64,000 bases of DNA from Patescibacteria group bacterium (GCA_019752815.1 JAIELQ010000002.1:4739-68738), one strand, 5' to 3'; numbered from the stretch's first letter, positions 9,523-19,295 are shown. Notes: generated from the sequence alone by a model not told the origin. Numbers and translations: made by a program.

Positions 9523-9911
9523 TTTAGCAAGTGACCAATGTCACTTGCGAGTCTCGGTGGAAGGCGTAAACGCTGTGGCTCTGCCACGAGTGCGCCGGGG
9601 TCGAGAGTACTTATTAGAATTGGAGCCGAAGGCGAACAATTATAATTAGTAACTCGTGACCACAAAAAATCTCCAACTTATCAACCAACTTACATTACGG
9701 GCGGACTTGAACCGCCGGGATGATGTAGCTTTGCTACAAATGAGGCGTGTCCCGCAGCACCTGCTAGATTGTGAGCGCAGCGAAACAATATAGCTTGGTG
9801 ACCGTCAGGATCAGTCAGCAAACGTGTAGTTGAGACTCTTAGAAACTCGTGACCACCAGACCATATTATTTTACTTTGCGAGCTGAAGACAAGCCATCTA
9901 GAGTCTATATA

Positions 9912-9940
9912 TTGACAATCTGTAATATATATGCTATTAT
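9912..9940 (+). promoter_or_regulatory. Near-consensus sigma70 promoter.
   Basis: TTGACA-N17-TATTAT, with AGGAG upstream of the ATG at 9978. Confidence 0.5.
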
Positions 9941-9977
9941 GTAAACAGATATAAATAAGGCAACACAGGAGTTCGCC

Positions 9978-10304
9978 ATGACTAAAATTGTCACCGTCAC
10001 CCTCGAAGAACTCGGCCTCAAGGCGAAGGTCAAATTCACCAGCGACATCGGAAATTACGGCTACCGGCACAAAGATGTCGTGGAGGCCTTTAAGGCTAAT
10101 GGGCTCACCCCAATCACCAGTGTCGATGATCTCTACCAAGTGGTCTTCCACGCCCAGAACTCGTACATCCCTGACAAGGACTTCTTCAAGGTCGAGGTCC
10201 CGGACTGTCCCTATATGAACTCTGATGAGTTCTTCCGTGGCTCCTACTTGGAAGATCATGGCGGATGGCCACCGAACGCTGCATGGATCCTCCTCAAGGA
10301 GTGA
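9978..10304 (+). CDS. Hypothetical 108-aa protein in a locally GC-rich, apparently foreign segment.
   Basis: Consensus promoter, AGGAG RBS and a terminator hairpin are all present. Codon usage is visibly more GC-rich than the surrounding sequence. Confidence 0.55.
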   Translation: MTKIVTVTLEELGLKAKVKFTSDIGNYGYRHKDVVEAFKANGLTPITSVDDLYQVVFHAQNSYIPDKDFFKVEVPDCPYMNSDEFFRGSYLEDHGGWPPNAAWILLKE

Positions 10305-10329
10305 TACGCCCCAAGCCCCACGAGGAAGT

Positions 10330-10360
10330 CCCCACGACTTCACAACTCGTGGGGTTTTCT
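10330..10360 (+). terminator. Rho-independent terminator (copy 1 of a duplicated ~55-bp terminator segment).
   Basis: Stem CCCCACGA / TCGTGGGG with a 9-nt loop, followed by TTTTCTTATT. Confidence 0.55.
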
Positions 10361-10397
10361 TATTCATATATAAATTAACTACCAGATCTACTACATA

Positions 10398-10426
10398 TTG
10401 ACAAATACAGAAAATAACTTTATAAT
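10398..10426 (+). promoter_or_regulatory. Consensus sigma70 promoter.
   Basis: TTGACA-N17-TATAAT, a perfect match to the consensus. Confidence 0.5.
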
Positions 10427-10477
10427 ATTACCAGAAAGTTGCACTTCAGCAACATCAAATCAAGAAAGGTTCAAGCG

Positions 10478-10897
10478 ATGATTCGTGATCTTTGGGATGA
10501 CCTTGTCGGTAGTGGCACTGATCTGTTGGACAGGTGTCTTGCCCTACTAATGTTCCTGGTTATTGGTCTGGGAGCTGTCCTCGTGTTCTTTCTGGGATAT
10601 CTTTTGATTGACTGGATTGGTATTACGTCGACTTATTCCGCAGTTACGGCTGTGGAAATGAAACAAATTCATTCTTCGTACACCACACTCATGCCTGTGG
10701 GAAAGCTGATGATTCCGCAATATCATCCGGAATCTTATTCAATCTATTTTTCGATTACCAATGAATTGGTTTCCTCTTATGTCACTCGGTCATTCTTCAC
10801 GACGGTTGATATTGGAGATCAAATTCAAGTCGAGTACGGTTTCGGAAGACTAAGTGGTGAGTTTTATGCCATCAACATCACCATCACTGATTATTGA
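10478..10897 (+). CDS. Hypothetical single-pass membrane protein of ~139 aa.
   Basis: The ATG at 10478 is preferred over the TTG start in the ORF track. It has an N-terminal TM helix (LLMFLVIGLGAVLVFFLGYLLI) and is followed by the duplicated terminator. Confidence 0.5.
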   Translation: MIRDLWDDLVGSGTDLLDRCLALLMFLVIGLGAVLVFFLGYLLIDWIGITSTYSAVTAVEMKQIHSSYTTLMPVGKLMIPQYHPESYSIYFSITNELVSSYVTRSFFTTVDIGDQIQVEYGFGRLSGEFYAINITITDY

Positions 10898-10919
10898 TGA
10901 CGCAAGCCCTACGAGAAGT

Positions 10920-10950
10920 CCCCACGACTTCACAACTCGTGGGGCTTTCT
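10920..10950 (+). terminator. Rho-independent terminator (copy 2 of the duplicated terminator segment).
   Basis: The 30-nt core (GAAGTCCCCACGACTTCACAACTCGTGGGG) is identical to 10325-10354. Confidence 0.5.
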
Positions 10951-11040
10951 TATTTATAGCTGCTAAAGCAAGTATTGAAATAAAACTATTTATACGTATT
11001 ATGTTCGCTAGAACCACAAGATCGTAAAAAGGAGGAAGCA

Positions 11041-11298
11041 ATGGCAGGATTTGTAACGTTTGAAAGTCTGAAAGAAGGAGATCTCTTCTTCGCTCGTGGG
11101 AAATTCCACTGCAAAAGCGAGATTGGAGTTTTTCAAAAACCCAATGACGGCACTAACGTTACCTACAACGCTTTTTATTTTGACGGCCCAACCGGGAAAT
11201 GGGCACATTTTGACGCTCCTACTTTGGTGCAAATCTATGACGAGAGCGTTCATGGGCAACCGGCAGATATCATTAATTTGCATAACGTCACGGTTTGA
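11041..11298 (+). CDS. Hypothetical small protein of 85 aa.
   Basis: A strong RBS (AAAGGAGGAAGCAATG) precedes the start and a terminator hairpin follows. Confidence 0.5.
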   Translation: MAGFVTFESLKEGDLFFARGKFHCKSEIGVFQKPNDGTNVTYNAFYFDGPTGKWAHFDAPTLVQIYDESVHGQPADIINLHNVTV

Positions 11299-11319
11299 TA
11301 AATCTCGGTAAAACAAAAT

Positions 11320-11343
11320 CCCCTCGCCAGCGTTGGCGAGGGG
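11320..11343. terminator. Bidirectional rho-independent terminator.
   Basis: A GC-rich hairpin (CCCCTCGCCA GCGT TGGCGAGGGG) sits between convergent genes. Confidence 0.55.
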
Positions 11344-11353
11344 ATACTCATTT

Positions 11354-11998
11354 TTAGCTTACACACAATTGTGTTTTAGCAGCGGCAAACGCCTCCTCTA
11401 GTTTTGCCGTCAATTCATCAGCGTTATTAGCATGAAAGTGAACACCGCCAGTCGCTGGCTGGATGTTTTTCTCGACGAAGTTGCTGACTTCCATAGGGCC
11501 GAGCGAGATGGTATACACCAGCACATCTGCAGGGATGGTCTTACCAAGATCCCAATTTGTTGGCTCGTTTGAAACACCATCAGTAGTAAAGATGAGCACT
11601 TTTTGCTCTGCGTTTGATGCGGTTAACTGTTTAACAGCTGCCCGGATACCTTCAGAGTGGTTAGCACTGAGCATCCTGCTGTGGCTAACAGGCCACAGTG
11701 CCAGAGCGTAATCCGCGACGGCATCCTGATTGATGAGTCGTGCGTTTAGGGATTCTTTGGCTCTATCTCCCCAGGCAATGTAATTGATTTCCAGGTTGTT
11801 GCAGTCAACGACATAATTCGCAAACGCTGTGATAAGCGCTTCACGCTGGATAACCACATGGTCACTCGTGAACATACTATCACTTTGGTCAGCAGCGATC
11901 ACTATTAGAGCTGAGTTTTCGTCAGCATGCGTTTTATTAACAGAGAACATGGTCAACACAGATATCGTGAGTGTAATGAGAATATGTTTCATCATTGT
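11354..11998 (-). CDS. Secreted vWA-like protein (DUF1194-like), paralog 1.
   Basis: The start was moved to the internal MMKHIL, which has a GGAG RBS. There is an N-terminal signal peptide. A DxSxS MIDAS-like motif (DQSDS) and the overall pattern resemble DUF1194. Confidence 0.55.
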   Translation of the reverse strand, partial: TMMKHILITLTISVLTMFSVNKTHADENSALIVIAADQSDSMFTSDHVVIQREALITAFANYVVDCNNLEINYIAWGDRAKESLNARLINQDAVADYALALWPVSHSRMLSANHSEGIRAAVKQLTASNAEQKVLIFTTDGVSNEPTNWDLGKTIPADVLVYTISLGPMEVSNFVEKNIQPATGGVHFHANNADELTAKLEEAFAAAKTQLCVS

Positions 11999-12114
11999 GG
12001 ACTCCGTTACTCGTGTGAACCTCCCAATCTTTAGAGTATGCCTGTATCTGATGACTGTAAAGAAAAAACTGTATATAAAATTAAACCGCACCCCAGAACA
12101 GGGATGCGGTAGTT

Positions 12115-12768
12115 TTAACTTGCTGGACAGTGGTCGTATCCTAGTCCGTCAAACACATGATAGAGAATTTTTTCAAACTCTCGAATAGTTGATGCATGAT
12201 AATGGCGACCGTTAACAGTTGGTGGCACGATGTGACGCTTGAAATATCCTGCGACACTGTCTGAACCAAGAGAGATACCAACAAGTTCAACATGTGGTGG
12301 CACTAGTTCCCATAACCCAGCATCTTTTTCTCCTCCAAGGTATTCATCGCTGACGAAAATAATGATTGTCCGATCATAACCATCTGCAACCCAGCTCAAG
12401 GCATGTAACATGCCTTTGTGTTGAGCAGTTCCTTGCATGTTTTGGAAGGTGAGATTTACAAGCAGACTGGAAAAATTTTTGCCGTCGACATTGCTGCGCA
12501 ACACGGTACGCAAGGGAGGTAGAGCTTCTGTACCCCAGCCCACATAATCAATATGGAGTTCTTGGCACCGACTTTGATAGTTATTAAAGTACTGGGCTAA
12601 GAATGTTTGTTGCGCATTCATCCATGAAGGATGATGGCTTAAACGCATACTGGCACTTTGATCACCGGCATATATAACATGGACTTTGTATTCCGGTTCA
12701 CTAGCATTACCTTTTAATGGTGTAGTCAAAAAACAAGTCAGGGCAAGAGCGGCAAGAAGTATCTTCAT
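12115..12768 (-). CDS. Secreted vWA-like protein (DUF1194-like), paralog 2.
   Basis: A signal peptide and a GDQSASM (DxSxS) motif. The layout parallels the upstream paralog. Confidence 0.55.
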   Translation of the reverse strand: MKILLAALALTCFLTTPLKGNASEPEYKVHVIYAGDQSASMRLSHHPSWMNAQQTFLAQYFNNYQSRCQELHIDYVGWGTEALPPLRTVLRSNVDGKNFSSLLVNLTFQNMQGTAQHKGMLHALSWVADGYDRTIIIFVSDEYLGGEKDAGLWELVPPHVELVGISLGSDSVAGYFKRHIVPPTVNGRHYHASTIREFEKILYHVFDGLGYDHCPAS

Positions 12769-12842
12769 GACAGTCCTCCTTTTACAATCCTTCAGTAACT
12801 GTACTCTTGTTTAAAATGATCGTAAAGTGCGACTGGGGAGAA

Positions 12843-13541
12843 TCATGAAAGAAGTTTTACCAGCCGATGATAACAATCAATATGATCATCGACGAGCACC
12901 GTATCAATGACTCCAATCACGGCTTCATCATTACCGCCCGGGAATAATCCATCACCATAGTAGATACATTCGGATTTGTCCCAGCCCATCCAGTCAATTA
13001 ATTTCTGCACGTTTGTGCCTTTATGACGATCTTTGTGGATGTAGTCGAGACTGGTTGAACCACCAATTTTTACCACTAAATCTTCTGACGCAAAGGGGAT
13101 TTGGGCGAGCAAGGACTCACGTTTTTTGCGGTCGGGGTCATAGGTTTTCTTCATCTCGACTGGGGCAGTGTTGCCAATCGGACTAAAAGTGATTTGTCCA
13201 CCACGGTCTTCGATGGGATTCCATTCGTGATTGAGTTCATGGTCGAGCAGTTCAACAATTTCACTAATGTGGTCAAGAATTTGGTCGCGATGGTGGGGCA
13301 GGAGTGGAGTATTCCATAAATCGCTACCATCAATCGACAGAGCATGATTTCCATTTTGTCCTAGTCGGTAGGCAGGTAAGTTGTTTGATTGGAAGTTGAT
13401 TTGTTCAATAGTGGAGCCAGACACGATGATAATGTCCTGGGGAGCATTTTTAAGTAACTCGAACATCTCCGGTAAAATAGGCTGCCTGGAAGGGGCAATG
13501 GTCATATCCATGTCAAAAAAAAGGTGTTTGTAGTGTGTCAT
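12843..13541 (-). CDS. Eukaryotic-type phosphomannomutase (PMM family, HAD superfamily).
   Basis: A DxDxT motif (FDMDMTIAP). The segments ISPIGNTAP, KIGGSTSLDY, GWDKSE and YYGDGLFPGGNDEAVI parallel the human PMM2 motifs ISPIGRS, RGGMISFDV, GWDK and FFGNETSPGGNDFEIF. Confidence 0.6.
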   Translation of the reverse strand: MTHYKHLFFDMDMTIAPSRQPILPEMFELLKNAPQDIIIVSGSTIEQINFQSNNLPAYRLGQNGNHALSIDGSDLWNTPLLPHHRDQILDHISEIVELLDHELNHEWNPIEDRGGQITFSPIGNTAPVEMKKTYDPDRKKRESLLAQIPFASEDLVVKIGGSTSLDYIHKDRHKGTNVQKLIDWMGWDKSECIYYGDGLFPGGNDEAVIGVIDTVLVDDHIDCYHRLVKLLS

Positions 13542-13625
13542 ATAGTTTGTTTTATATTATAACTCAATTTGGTAATGAACAGTTACGGCATACTAGTCCG
13601 AACCTGACTGGTACTATAGTGGTAT

Positions 13626-14114
13626 ATGGAAATAATTATTCTTTTAGGAACTATATTACAGGGAGCTGCGATTTCATTAGGAATGGGAGCTTCAACATTA
13701 GCAATCGTCAACTTTTTTGTCGCGATTGCTGATGGAAAAATTGAACCTGATGAACGGAAAATGATGGGAGTAGTTTATGTAGTATTGCGGGTTGCTATGG
13801 TGATGATACTCACGACATTTGTACTTCTGCTCGGAGCACAGTACATCGTCAGCGGCGTGGTGGCAATCAACTTTGCACTACTTACACTGATCTCGGTACT
13901 GTTTATAAATGCAATTTTGATGACAAAACGAATCATGCCGAGCACCGTTGGGCCAGCCTTGCAAGCCAGCACCTGGTACACACAGGGAATTATGACTGCG
14001 GCAGTACCACTAGGATACGTACTCTCATATGGCCAATTCTTACTTGCGTACATGACGATGTTTGTGTTGGCAGTGAGTATTGTGAATGGGATAATGGCGT
14101 ATTTGAAGAAATAA
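13626..14114 (+). CDS. Hypothetical polytopic membrane protein of 162 aa.
   Basis: About four hydrophobic helices. Followed by a terminator. Confidence 0.45.
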   Translation: MEIIILLGTILQGAAISLGMGASTLAIVNFFVAIADGKIEPDERKMMGVVYVVLRVAMVMILTTFVLLLGAQYIVSGVVAINFALLTLISVLFINAILMTKRIMPSTVGPALQASTWYTQGIMTAAVPLGYVLSYGQFLLAYMTMFVLAVSIVNGIMAYLKK

Positions 14115-14123
14115 CTATTAATA

Positions 14124-14154
14124 AAAAACCGCCGGCATGTGCCGGCGGTTTTTT
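14124..14154. terminator. Bidirectional rho-independent terminator.
   Basis: AAAAAACC-GCCGGC-ATGT-GCCGGC-GGTTTTTT. Confidence 0.6.
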
Positions 14155-14164
14155 AAACGACGTC

Positions 14165-17100
14165 TTATGCTCGACGTATCTTGTGGTAGATGTATTTTGG
14201 CCACCGTATGAAGAACCACTGTTTCTTTACGGGATTAAGTTTTGCAAGTTCATTACGGTAATACAAGGTTGGAACCAGTACCAACGTTAGAATCATCGCA
14301 AACGTGAGACCGAACATAATCGCAAAAGCGAGCGGACTCCAGAAATCAGAAATAGTTGAGAGTGGAATCATACCAATCACCGTTGTAATAGTGGTGAGCA
14401 TAATCGGACGGAAGCGTGATACCGACGCATCTGCTACTTGATCAATGAGACTTTCATTTTCATTCTTGGCACCCTTGTGGGTAATCATTGAGTCCATCAA
14501 AATAATGTTGTGGTTAATAATCACACCAGCGAGGGCAATAACACCAAGGAGTGAAGTGAACGATAGTGCTAAACCAGTAGCAGCGAGCCCCGCAAACACA
14601 CCAATAAGTGAGTAGGGAACAACGAGTAATAGGTAAAGTGAGTAACGAATTGAGTTAAATGAAAGTACCAAAATCGCGAGCATCAAGAGTAGCCCCACAG
14701 CCAAGGCAATAAACATTTCGGTAAATGACTGATTCACATTTTCAGCTTCACCACCGTAGGAGATCTCAACTCCGTCTGGAGCCTCCAGTTCACTTACTCG
14801 TTCCTTGAATTGGGCTACAACATCTCCAGCTACCACTCCTTCTTCGGTGAAGGCGCCGACGGTTACTTGTCGCTCTTTATCTTCGTGGTTAATAGCGGCG
14901 TTAGCTGAAGCGAGTGTTTCATTGGTGATACTAGAAAGGGGAACACTTTCACCACGAATTGAGGTGACGGTTAGGTTCCGCAAGGTATCGAGTGTAACAT
15001 TCGGAGTGGCAGAACTATCAAGGGTATTTTTATCTACACCAAGTCGTACCACCACATCGATATCCTCACCATCTTGGCTAATGGTAGTAGCTTCAACACC
15101 GAAGACGGCACTACGGAGGGTGCCACCAACTGCTGCTGGAGGAACTCCGAGGTTACTTGCTTTGCCTTTATCAACGGTCAGTACAAACTCAGTGGCGTTA
15201 CTCTTACTACTGGCTTCGACATCGCGTGTACCTTCGATATCGTTGAGTAATGCTTCTGCTCGATCTGAGACCAGTAATAAGTCAGCGAGACTGTCTCCAC
15301 TAAGTTTAATAAATACGGGCGCACCTGTTGGGGGGCCATTTTGTTGTTCAGTAATTTTTACCGTTCCACCTTTAACGTCGGCAAATTCTTTGCGGAGCTC
15401 TATCGCGAGATCGATACTAGATTCTTCTCGTTCTGGGTCAAGACTAATCGTGATATTAGCGAATTTACCACCAGCATTAGTGCTGCCAGTGAAGGCTGAT
15501 CCGGCACCAGCGGTAGTTGTAAATGACTTGATGTAGTCTTTTTCGTAGAGAATTTCTTCTACCTGACGGACAACTAAGTCTGTTTCGGTTACTGGTGTAC
15601 CTTGGGTTGTTTCAATTTCAACATAAATTTCATCAACGTTTTCTGGTGGGAAGAAGATTACCTTGAGTAAACCAGTGGCGGGCAGAGTAAACGCAACAAT
15701 GAGTCCAATAAATAAACTCCACAGTAAGATGCGTTGTTTTCGGGTGCTCTGTAGGAAGTTAACTAGTTTGGTGCGGTACCAAAGCTGGGCTTTTTCTGTG
15801 TATGCCTCTTGTATTTCTTCAAATTTGTTTGAGTGACCATCCTTAGTGAGATAGATAGCAATAAGTGGCACCAATCCAAGAGCCACGAAGATAGATGCAA
15901 TCAAGACAAAGATAATCGTAAACGGAATTGAAGCGATAAATTCACCCGTTACTCCAGAGAGGAAGAAGAGGGGAGCAAACACCGCTACGGTAGTCATTGT
16001 TCCGGCAATGAGTGGCCACGCATACTCACGAATTGATTGCTCTGCCGCTTCCATTGCGTTGCCTGATTTACGCATACGAGTATGGATAGCCTCTGTGACC
16101 ACAATACCGGAGTCTACAAGAATACCTACCGACAAAATGAGCGCAAAGAGGGAAATAAAGTTGATGGTGTTACCCGAAGCGTATAACCCAATGAACGCAA
16201 TCACAAACGACAGAGGAATTGAGAGTGCAGCTACCAACGACTCACGCCATCCAATAGTTAAGAGGAGTACCAACACAACGAGGACTACCGTTTCTAATCC
16301 AGCCTTGATCAATTCAGAGAGGTCTTTTCGAACTTGTTTGCCTTGGTCAAATACCACCAGCACCTGTGAGTCAGAGAGTAGACCACCGTCTTGTTTTAGC
16401 TCGTCAATTTTTGCGAGCACTGGATCAGTCACGTCAGTGACGTCGCCACCAGCTTTTTTGTAGATAGTGAGTGTCATGGAAGCTTCCGACGGCACACCAT
16501 CAACTGATACCCGTGAAATGGTAGATTCACGACTGACACCATCGGTTACATCAGCAACATCGCGGATGTAGATTACTTGCCCGTTATTTGATTTAATCGG
16601 CACACTCTTGATGTCATCAATGGTGTTGAGTTTTCCTTCAAAACGTACCGCATATTCAATACCATCGGTCGCTACCGTACCAACTGGTACGGTGAGGTTT
16701 GCTTGACCGAGAGCACTCGTTACATCATTAATACTAATACCAAAGCTAGTCAGCGATTCCTCGCGCACCAATACTTGAATTTGTCGTTCACGAGTACCAG
16801 AAATTTGTACTTCAGACACACCGTTAATCGCAGTCAATTCGTCTTTAATAGCTTCACCGAGCGCCGTAAAGGCTGGGCCTGATACATCTGCTGAAACAGC
16901 TACAATTAAAATCGGCTGATTAGAAAAGTCGACTTCAGATACGATAGGGTCGTTGGCATCAGCGGGCAGCTCATTTTTAACGCTATCAACAGCGTCTTTT
17001 AGTTTCTGAATTGATTTATCAATATCGGCACTCGCGGTAAACTCGACAGAAATTGACGACACATCATCACGTGAGGTAGAGGTTAGATTTTCAATATCCT

Positions 17101-17326
17101 CGAGGTTCGCGATTGCATCTTCGAGTTTATTAGTAACCAGTTCTTCAATATCAGCAGCGCCGGCTCCTGGATACACCGTTGTAACAATACCTACTGGCAC
17201 AATTACTTCTGGAAAAGATTCTTTTGGGATGATGGTTACGGCATACGTACCAAGCCCAATAAGAGCCAGTATCAACAAAATACTGAATTCTCGCTTATGG
17301 AGAAAAAATAGCCAAAGTGAATGCAT
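14165..17326 (-). CDS. Efflux RND transporter permease subunit (AcrB/HAE1-like).
   Basis: A 1053-aa protein with 12 predicted TM segments and two large periplasmic loops. Characteristic RND sequence throughout. Confidence 0.85.
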   Translation of the reverse strand: MHSLWLFFLHKREFSILLILALIGLGTYAVTIIPKESFPEVIVPVGIVTTVYPGAGAADIEELVTNKLEDAIANLEDIENLTSTSRDDVSSISVEFTASADIDKSIQKLKDAVDSVKNELPADANDPIVSEVDFSNQPILIVAVSADVSGPAFTALGEAIKDELTAINGVSEVQISGTRERQIQVLVREESLTSFGISINDVTSALGQANLTVPVGTVATDGIEYAVRFEGKLNTIDDIKSVPIKSNNGQVIYIRDVADVTDGVSRESTISRVSVDGVPSEASMTLTIYKKAGGDVTDVTDPVLAKIDELKQDGGLLSDSQVLVVFDQGKQVRKDLSELIKAGLETVVLVVLVLLLTIGWRESLVAALSIPLSFVIAFIGLYASGNTINFISLFALILSVGILVDSGIVVTEAIHTRMRKSGNAMEAAEQSIREYAWPLIAGTMTTVAVFAPLFFLSGVTGEFIASIPFTIIFVLIASIFVALGLVPLIAIYLTKDGHSNKFEEIQEAYTEKAQLWYRTKLVNFLQSTRKQRILLWSLFIGLIVAFTLPATGLLKVIFFPPENVDEIYVEIETTQGTPVTETDLVVRQVEEILYEKDYIKSFTTTAGAGSAFTGSTNAGGKFANITISLDPEREESSIDLAIELRKEFADVKGGTVKITEQQNGPPTGAPVFIKLSGDSLADLLLVSDRAEALLNDIEGTRDVEASSKSNATEFVLTVDKGKASNLGVPPAAVGGTLRSAVFGVEATTISQDGEDIDVVVRLGVDKNTLDSSATPNVTLDTLRNLTVTSIRGESVPLSSITNETLASANAAINHEDKERQVTVGAFTEEGVVAGDVVAQFKERVSELEAPDGVEISYGGEAENVNQSFTEMFIALAVGLLLMLAILVLSFNSIRYSLYLLLVVPYSLIGVFAGLAATGLALSFTSLLGVIALAGVIINHNIILMDSMITHKGAKNENESLIDQVADASVSRFRPIMLTTITTVIGMIPLSTISDFWSPLAFAIMFGLTFAMILTLVLVPTLYYRNELAKLNPVKKQWFFIRWPKYIYHKIRRA

Positions 17327-17329
17327 ATA

Positions 17330-18880
17330 TTATTTTGTTTCAATGGTTACTTCCGTTCCTTCTTTAAGTCCACGTCCGTCAGTCACAATCGGAGTATCAC
17401 GGTTAATCCCAGAAGTAACCACGACAACATTGCCGCGAATATTTCCCAGTACAATTGGATTCGCGATTAACGTGTTTTTGTCGGCATCGACGGTAAATAC
17501 AATCGGACCACTGCCGGTCATTTTAACGGCTGAAAGAGGAATGCTGATTTCAGAAGTGTCTGAACTCTTTTCAGTTGTAAACACTACAGAAACCGCAGAA
17601 CCGTTTTGTAATGATTCGTTTTCATCAACACTAATTTTAACCGCTACTTTACCGGTTGTCGGATCAATAGAACCGCCAATTGCTGCAATGGTTCCAGTGG
17701 CTACTTTATCAATTTTAACTTCGTCACCGACTTTGATGAGGACACTTTCTTCTTGACTGACTGAAGTAGACACTTCGAGACCTTGGTTATTATTTGCAAT
17801 GATGGCGGCTGGAGTAGATGGACCAGCATATTCACCCGCTTTGAGGTACAGCGCGTTTACGACACCAGTGATTGGTGAACGCACGAGAGTTTTTTCGTAG
17901 TTAGCTTGGGCTGAGCGCAGTGACCCAAGGGCAATTTTGATTTGTGCGTCAGCACTTGATACCTGACTGCCTGTGCCGGCAATTTGGGCACGATTAAACG
18001 CTTCCTCAGCTGATGTAAGTCCAGTGCGAGCATTGTCGATTTGAGATAAATTAGCAACTAAACCAGAGCGTACACCACTGAACACAGCAATTTGTGCTCG
18101 CTTTTCCTCCTCACTAATGACATTGCTGTCATTGTTGCGGTTTAGCGCTCCGAGAATTTGGTCAGTAATAACTAAAACATCTTTGATCACTGTTTCAGCC
18201 TCGTTTAACGCTCCTGGCAAATCACTTTGTGTCGTAATTGTAAGCGTGCCTTGTTGCCAGGTCGCCAGACTTTTTTGCAAACGTACACGCGTATTGTTCA
18301 TCAGTGATACGTCAGTACCACCGATTTTAACTCCGGGAATAGTTGTATTAGGATTTGAGAAATATTGATCAATAGTACTTCGTAGTACTCCTGAAACGGA
18401 GCTGTTTAAAGATTTATAGGTAGTAACTACTTGATTTTTTGCACTTTCAAGATTAGTTTGAGCATCACGGACACCACTATTGCCTTGGGCAGCTCCCGCC
18501 AGAGCTGCTTCATAGGCTCCTTGAGCCTGCAATAGTTGCGCACTTTCTGAAGCACCTTCCAATTTTGCGATGATAGTTCCGGCACGTACTGTTGCACCCA
18601 GTTCAGTGTAGACACCAACGATTCGTCCGCCAGTTTCTGTTTGGAGCTTAGCTTCAGATACTGCTTGTAGGGTTCCCACGGCAGTAAAGGTACTATCACC
18701 ACTCGTATTAGCTGCACTCTCTACTGTTACCGTTGGGAGTTTAGCCGCTACTTCAGTGTCCTCGACTGTTGAATTGCCAGTAAAAAACAACAAATAAGCA
18801 GCTAACACTGCCACTAAAACTGCTACACCCCGCACCACCTTCTTTCCGTACCATTTATCTAATTTGTCGACAATTTGCAT
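17330..18880 (-). CDS. Efflux RND periplasmic adaptor (membrane fusion protein, HlyD family).
   Basis: The stop lies 4 nt upstream of the permease start. It has an N-terminal membrane anchor, a long Ala/Gln-rich coiled coil and a C-terminal beta domain. The start was placed at the internal MQIVDKL ATG. Confidence 0.65.
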   Translation of the reverse strand: MQIVDKLDKWYGKKVVRGVAVLVAVLAAYLLFFTGNSTVEDTEVAAKLPTVTVESAANTSGDSTFTAVGTLQAVSEAKLQTETGGRIVGVYTELGATVRAGTIIAKLEGASESAQLLQAQGAYEAALAGAAQGNSGVRDAQTNLESAKNQVVTTYKSLNSSVSGVLRSTIDQYFSNPNTTIPGVKIGGTDVSLMNNTRVRLQKSLATWQQGTLTITTQSDLPGALNEAETVIKDVLVITDQILGALNRNNDSNVISEEEKRAQIAVFSGVRSGLVANLSQIDNARTGLTSAEEAFNRAQIAGTGSQVSSADAQIKIALGSLRSAQANYEKTLVRSPITGVVNALYLKAGEYAGPSTPAAIIANNNQGLEVSTSVSQEESVLIKVGDEVKIDKVATGTIAAIGGSIDPTTGKVAVKISVDENESLQNGSAVSVVFTTEKSSDTSEISIPLSAVKMTGSGPIVFTVDADKNTLIANPIVLGNIRGNVVVVTSGINRDTPIVTDGRGLKEGTEVTIETK

Positions 18881-18980
18881 AATAAAATGAGTTATGTCAA
18901 TACAATAACACAAAAATTACACTATGTCTATATTTTTACGCTCTGCGTGCACCGTGATTCTTGTGATATTATAAAGTCCT

Positions 18981-19295
18981 ATGTTTGGAAAAATAAAAAA
19001 TTACGCGGTTAAAAAAGTGATTCAGTCACAAATGAAAAACGTGCCGGCTGATCAACAAGAGATGATTATGACCATGTTGGATAAAGATCCAGCTTTGTTC
19101 GAGAAAATCGCTACAGAAATGCAAGCAGAACTCAAAAGTAACGGTAATAACCAGATGGCAGCAGCGATGAAGGTCCTCCCGAAGTACCAACAAGAAATCA
19201 TGGGCGCTATGACACCAGAGATGAAGGAGAAGATGATGAAGATGCAGATGGGGGCTCAGGGCCGATTCAACCCTAATGGTTCAATTCGTCGGTAG
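18981..19295 (+). CDS. Hypothetical Met/Lys-rich small protein of 104 aa.
   Basis: Divergent from the RND operon. No recognisable family. Confidence 0.35.
   Translation: MFGKIKNYAVKKVIQSQMKNVPADQQEMIMTMLDKDPALFEKIATEMQAELKSNGNNQMAAAMKVLPKYQQEIMGAMTPEMKEKMMKMQMGAQGRFNPNGSIRR

Noticed and set aside
9114-9665. Three ORFs (9114-9413 +, 9282-9665 -, 9440-9649 +) spanning the tRNA-Ala gene and its terminator hairpins.
   Set aside because: They overlap a confidently folded tRNA and palindromic terminators, and have no translation signals.
9690-10367. A 225-aa minus-strand ORF overlapping the tRNA-like fragment, the consensus promoter and the GC-rich plus-strand gene.
   Set aside because: It is antisense to a gene that has a promoter, RBS and terminator. 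It has no RBS, and long spurious antisense frames are expected in GC-rich segments.
14805-17756. Several 150-240-aa plus-strand ORFs inside the RND permease gene.
   Set aside because: They are antisense frames within a well-supported 1053-aa RND transporter CDS.
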